Source: Octopus sinensis (taxonomy: Eukaryota). Taken from it: a DNA stretch of 12,364 nucleotides. Below the pieces are notes generated by a model that did no database searches, was not told the origin of the DNA, and saw only the letters and a list, made by a program, of their open reading frames with translations. The stretch's first letter is position 1. Every line of letters starts with the position of its first letter. The DNA is taken from NCBI RefSeq assembly GCF_006345805.1, contig NW_021826602.1:1-12364 (forward strand). Reading direction: 5' to 3'. The position numbers and the translations under genes were made by a program. Positions 9,260-12,364 of this stretch are shown piece after piece.

Positions 9260-10075
9260 GTGTATGCATGCATGTAACTATGTATGCAATGTATGTATGT
9301 TATCATGTATGTGTGTAATGTATGTATGTTAGTATGCATTTATGTAATCTATGAATGTATGTATGTTTGTATGTATGTTATGAAAGTATGTTACGTGTAT
9401 CTATGCATGTATATGTATGAATGTATGCTTGTATATAAGCATTTGTGTTCAGTATGTAGGCGTTTTGTGTATGCATATGTATGTTATGTAAGTATATTTG
9501 TATTTATGCACGTCTGCATATATGAATGTATTTTGTGTATAAAATGTTATGTTTCTATAGCAGTTACGTATGTATGCGTGTATATGATATATGGATATAT
9601 GCACATTATGTATATTACGTATGCTACATATGTTATGTATGTATGTTCGTCTGTCGTCACGTTCTGAGTTCAAAATTCCGCCGAGGTCGACTTTGCCTTA
9701 AATCCTTTCGGGGTCGATAAATAAGTACCAGTTTAATCTCTTTGTCTGTCCTTGTTTGTCCCCTCTATGTTTAGCCCCATGTGGGCAATAAAGAAATATA
9801 TATACATGTTATGTATGTATGTTGCATATGATTGCATGCACTTATGTATCCATGTATGTATATATGTATGTGTGCATGTATGTTATGCATGTATGTTTGT
9901 ATGCATGTTTGCTTGCCTCTGTGTTATGTCTGTATGTATGAATGTATGTTACGTATGTATATATATCCCTGTATGTATTTATGTACGTTTGTATGCATGT
10001 ACGTATGTATGTATATATGTATGTATGTGTGTATGTTATGCGTTTGCATATGTATGTATTTATGCATGCATCTAT
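9260..10075. repeat. Degenerate (TATG)n array split by a SINE
   Basis: TATG/CATG/TACG/TGTG variants on both sides of 9648-9805. Confidence 0.92.
9648..9805 (+). mobile_element. 5'-truncated SINE (family of 6514-6726, different 3' tail)
   Basis: GTTCTGAGTTCAAAATTCCGCCGAGGTCGACTTTGCCTT...GGGGTCGATAAA. Flanked by identical ATGTTATGTATGTATGTT at 9630-9647 and 9806-9823. Confidence 0.85.
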
Positions 10076-10097
10076 CAACTGTGACATACACACGGAC

Positions 10098-10099
<2 letters not shown>

Positions 10100-10154
<55 letters not shown>

Positions 10155-10165
10155 TGTGTGTGTGT
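10100..10165. repeat. (GT)n microsatellite
   Basis: About 26 perfect units plus a degenerate tail. Confidence 0.97.
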
Positions 10166-10311
10166 AAAGTGTATTTACCTTTGTTAGAGGTTACTATAAA
10201 TACGAATACGCTTCTACACATTACGCAGATATGTTGCATATGTACAAACACACACAGACACACACACACACGTGCATATACTGAGATACATGTATGCACA
10301 TATACATATCA

Positions 10312-10500
10312 TAATCATCATTTAACGTCCGTTGTCCACGCTGGCATGGGTTGGACGGTTTTGACCAGGGCTATTAAGCTGGAGAGCTGCACCAGACTCT
10401 AGTCGTGTTTGGTTAGGGTTTCTACGACTATACGCCCTTCCTAACGCCAACCACTTTAGTTGCCATCGCACGGGCGGTTTTCTATTGCACCATCCGGGAG
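10312..10500 (-). mobile_element. 3' part of a SINE/LINE-related repeat with a (GAT)n tail
   Basis: ATCATCATTTAACGTCCG...GCATGGGTTGGACGG...GCCCTTCCTAACGCCAACCAC resembles a common octopus retroposon end (recalled). Confidence 0.6.
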
Positions 10501-10572
10501 CATTTCACCATCAGAGGAATCGGTCTTAACACTTCTGATGCGAGTACACATGTATATACATATTCGTGTACG

Positions 10573-10726
10573 CTCCCACAAAGAACCTGGAAGCGAGATG
10601 CTGAGGTAGAGCTGAAAAAAGCAGGATTTCAAGTGGAGAGGAGCAGAAGAGACAGCTGAGATTTAAGAGCAGAAGAGAAAAGTCCTCGATGGCCGATGTT
10701 CCATGAGAAGTGAATGGCTGAAATGA
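10573..10726 (+). pseudogene. C-terminus of an RTE-clade LINE ORF, frameshifted
   Basis: LPQRTWKRDAEVELKKAGF, +1 frameshift at 10630, KWRGAEETAEI*EQKRKVLDGRCSMRSEWLK*. It resembles the RTE end pattern RPK.TWRR..E.E.K..G..W.......A.DR..WR..V.GLCS. Confidence 0.7.
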
Positions 10727-11154
10727 ACCCTTTCCTCCATCACCGAACCGAACAACAGTGGCGAGTAAGACTTTCACTGTGTCTTCTTGTGGCGATCGCT
10801 TATATTTTACATTATTCACCATTCCGTGTGTTTTAGCTTTTGCAGTCAATGGAGGGCAATGAATTTGAAGTGTTTTGAAAGATATTGGAGAGTCGGTAGG
10901 GCGTCGCGTTAGGGGCCGAGGAAATACTCAGCTATTCGTGTTAATATCACCAGCCTTGTAGTGTTTATACGACTAACACATTTTTCCAATCTACTCAAAT
11001 GGGTTTAGCTGATACGCCATGTGCTACTCTTCACTAGTGAAAGCTTCAGAGGTATAACATACATACATAACATAGTTCACAATGGTTTCTTTAAATTGCT
11101 ATTTAAGACTAAAATTCCTGTAAAGTGTAGCTTGTAGAGCTAAAGATTCTAGTC

Positions 11155-11449
11155 TCTCGATCCGAGAATGACGGTTCTGCACTGTGTTGCTAAGCAACCC
11201 ACAACAGATGATTTATATACGGTGGTCAATTATTTGAGCTCTTCATCATCTCACTCCCTCCATCATTCGATATTACTGGAACAGGTGTGTACGGTGTACC
11301 ACACGTCAAGTGTCGAAGTGATTACGGAGCAAGGTGAGGCGAAGTGTTTTGCTCATGAACACAGCGCATCGTCTGGTCCAGGAATTGAACTCATGACCTC
11401 CCGACCGTGAGTTTAACACCCTAACTACTACTACATAATCCTTCCCACA
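11155..11449 (-). mobile_element. Degenerate tRNA-derived SINE
   Basis: B box GAGTTCAATTCC (11392-11381), decayed A box TAGTAGTTAGG, then GTGTTCATGAGCAAAACACTT, similar to the segment after the head of the 635-931 element. Confidence 0.7.
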
Positions 11450-11514
11450 AAAAACCCCATCCAAACATTCATTTACACTTACAACAGATAAGTTAGAACG
11501 GACTGCTTTTTTTC

Positions 11515-11990
11515 CTATCCTGGTCTGGCTCATTCCCTCCTCTTGTAATGTTTAACTTGTCTTGGAATATGTCACTCTTGCACTTGTTTAATATTCCTTT
11601 TCCTCGTGCCTAATATTTGTGACTGTCAATATTTTATTATCTGTTCTTCGTTGAAGGATTTCATAATTTTATGATGTTTTTTAACTTGATTTAAAATAAA
11701 CATTTTTTCATGTTTATCTCACTGAAATATTTTACTTTGCTTAAATCGTTTCATTCTTTGAAATAATCACTCCAGATTATTTTTTTCAAATTTATTTCTC
11801 ATACTTTCAGTAATATCATTCATAGTATGCTGACTAAGAAAGCTGTCTTTTGATAAGTTGATAATTCTTTCTTATTCAGATTTCACAAATTATTGCTGTA
11901 TATTTTCTTATGTTCTCTTTTAAAAAGAAAATATTTAAGTCGGTTTCTTCGTTTCGTTGTCTCCAGCGCCATTTTTTAACGCTATCTTCT
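11515..11990 (-). pseudogene. Decayed non-LTR retrotransposon ORF fragment, tentatively R4/Dong-like pre-RT region
   Basis: Frame 11871-11515 includes QRMKRFKQSKIFQ*DKHEKMF and FNEEQIIKY*QSQILG, recalling R.K.F.QN..FQ.DQK.FY and EE..KFW..IW. Confidence 0.45.
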
Positions 11991-12229
11991 TCATTTATTA
12001 CTCCGTCTCTTGTAAAAATTAAAAGATTTATATCAGTTACGTTTCTTTCATTGCGTCGCTACTACAAATAGAATATGTTGATAATTGAAGTAATTAACAT
12101 TTTAGATATTGCACTGAATACTATCTTCTCTTTTGTGGATTAACTTAAAATGATATAAATCGCATTTCTGCTAAAAACAAATTAAAAAAAGAAATCATGT
12201 TTTCTACAATAAAACCTGTCATTTGCTTC

Positions 12230-12364
12230 CTCCTCAGATTTCGCCATCGACGTTGTAGCAAATTCGAAACCGAACCACCAAATTGCCGGATTAAAGTTAC
12301 GACTTAGTCACAATCATTTCACGTGATCGGCCGATTAAACGACCAAAACGATCATCGAGCCATC
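12230..12364 (-). promoter_or_regulatory. Possible promoter/5' end, cut by the window edge
   Basis: CpG-rich patch in AT-rich DNA, TCACGTGA 12319-12326, palindrome ATCGGCCGAT 12326-12335, ATGGCG at 12247. Confidence 0.3.

Overview
Repeat-dominated eukaryotic DNA with no intact protein-coding gene I can support. The dense (CA)/(TA)/(TACA)/(TATC) microsatellites and the tRNA-derived SINE families resemble octopus repeats as I recall them (inference, no database search). Most ORFs in the track are microsatellite translation artefacts. Contents: about ten SINE copies or fragments (three with candidate target-site duplications), a 5' Tc1/mariner remnant, an RTE-like LINE C-terminus, an R4/Dong-like LINE remnant and large simple-repeat blocks. 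The most interesting region is 5420-8160. It holds an old ~0.6-0.7 kb inverted duplication whose best-conserved 85 bp carry CRE, E-box and YY1-like motifs. Inside it are an inverted SINE pair with almost the same symmetry centre and a Penelope-type minimal hammerhead ribozyme motif.
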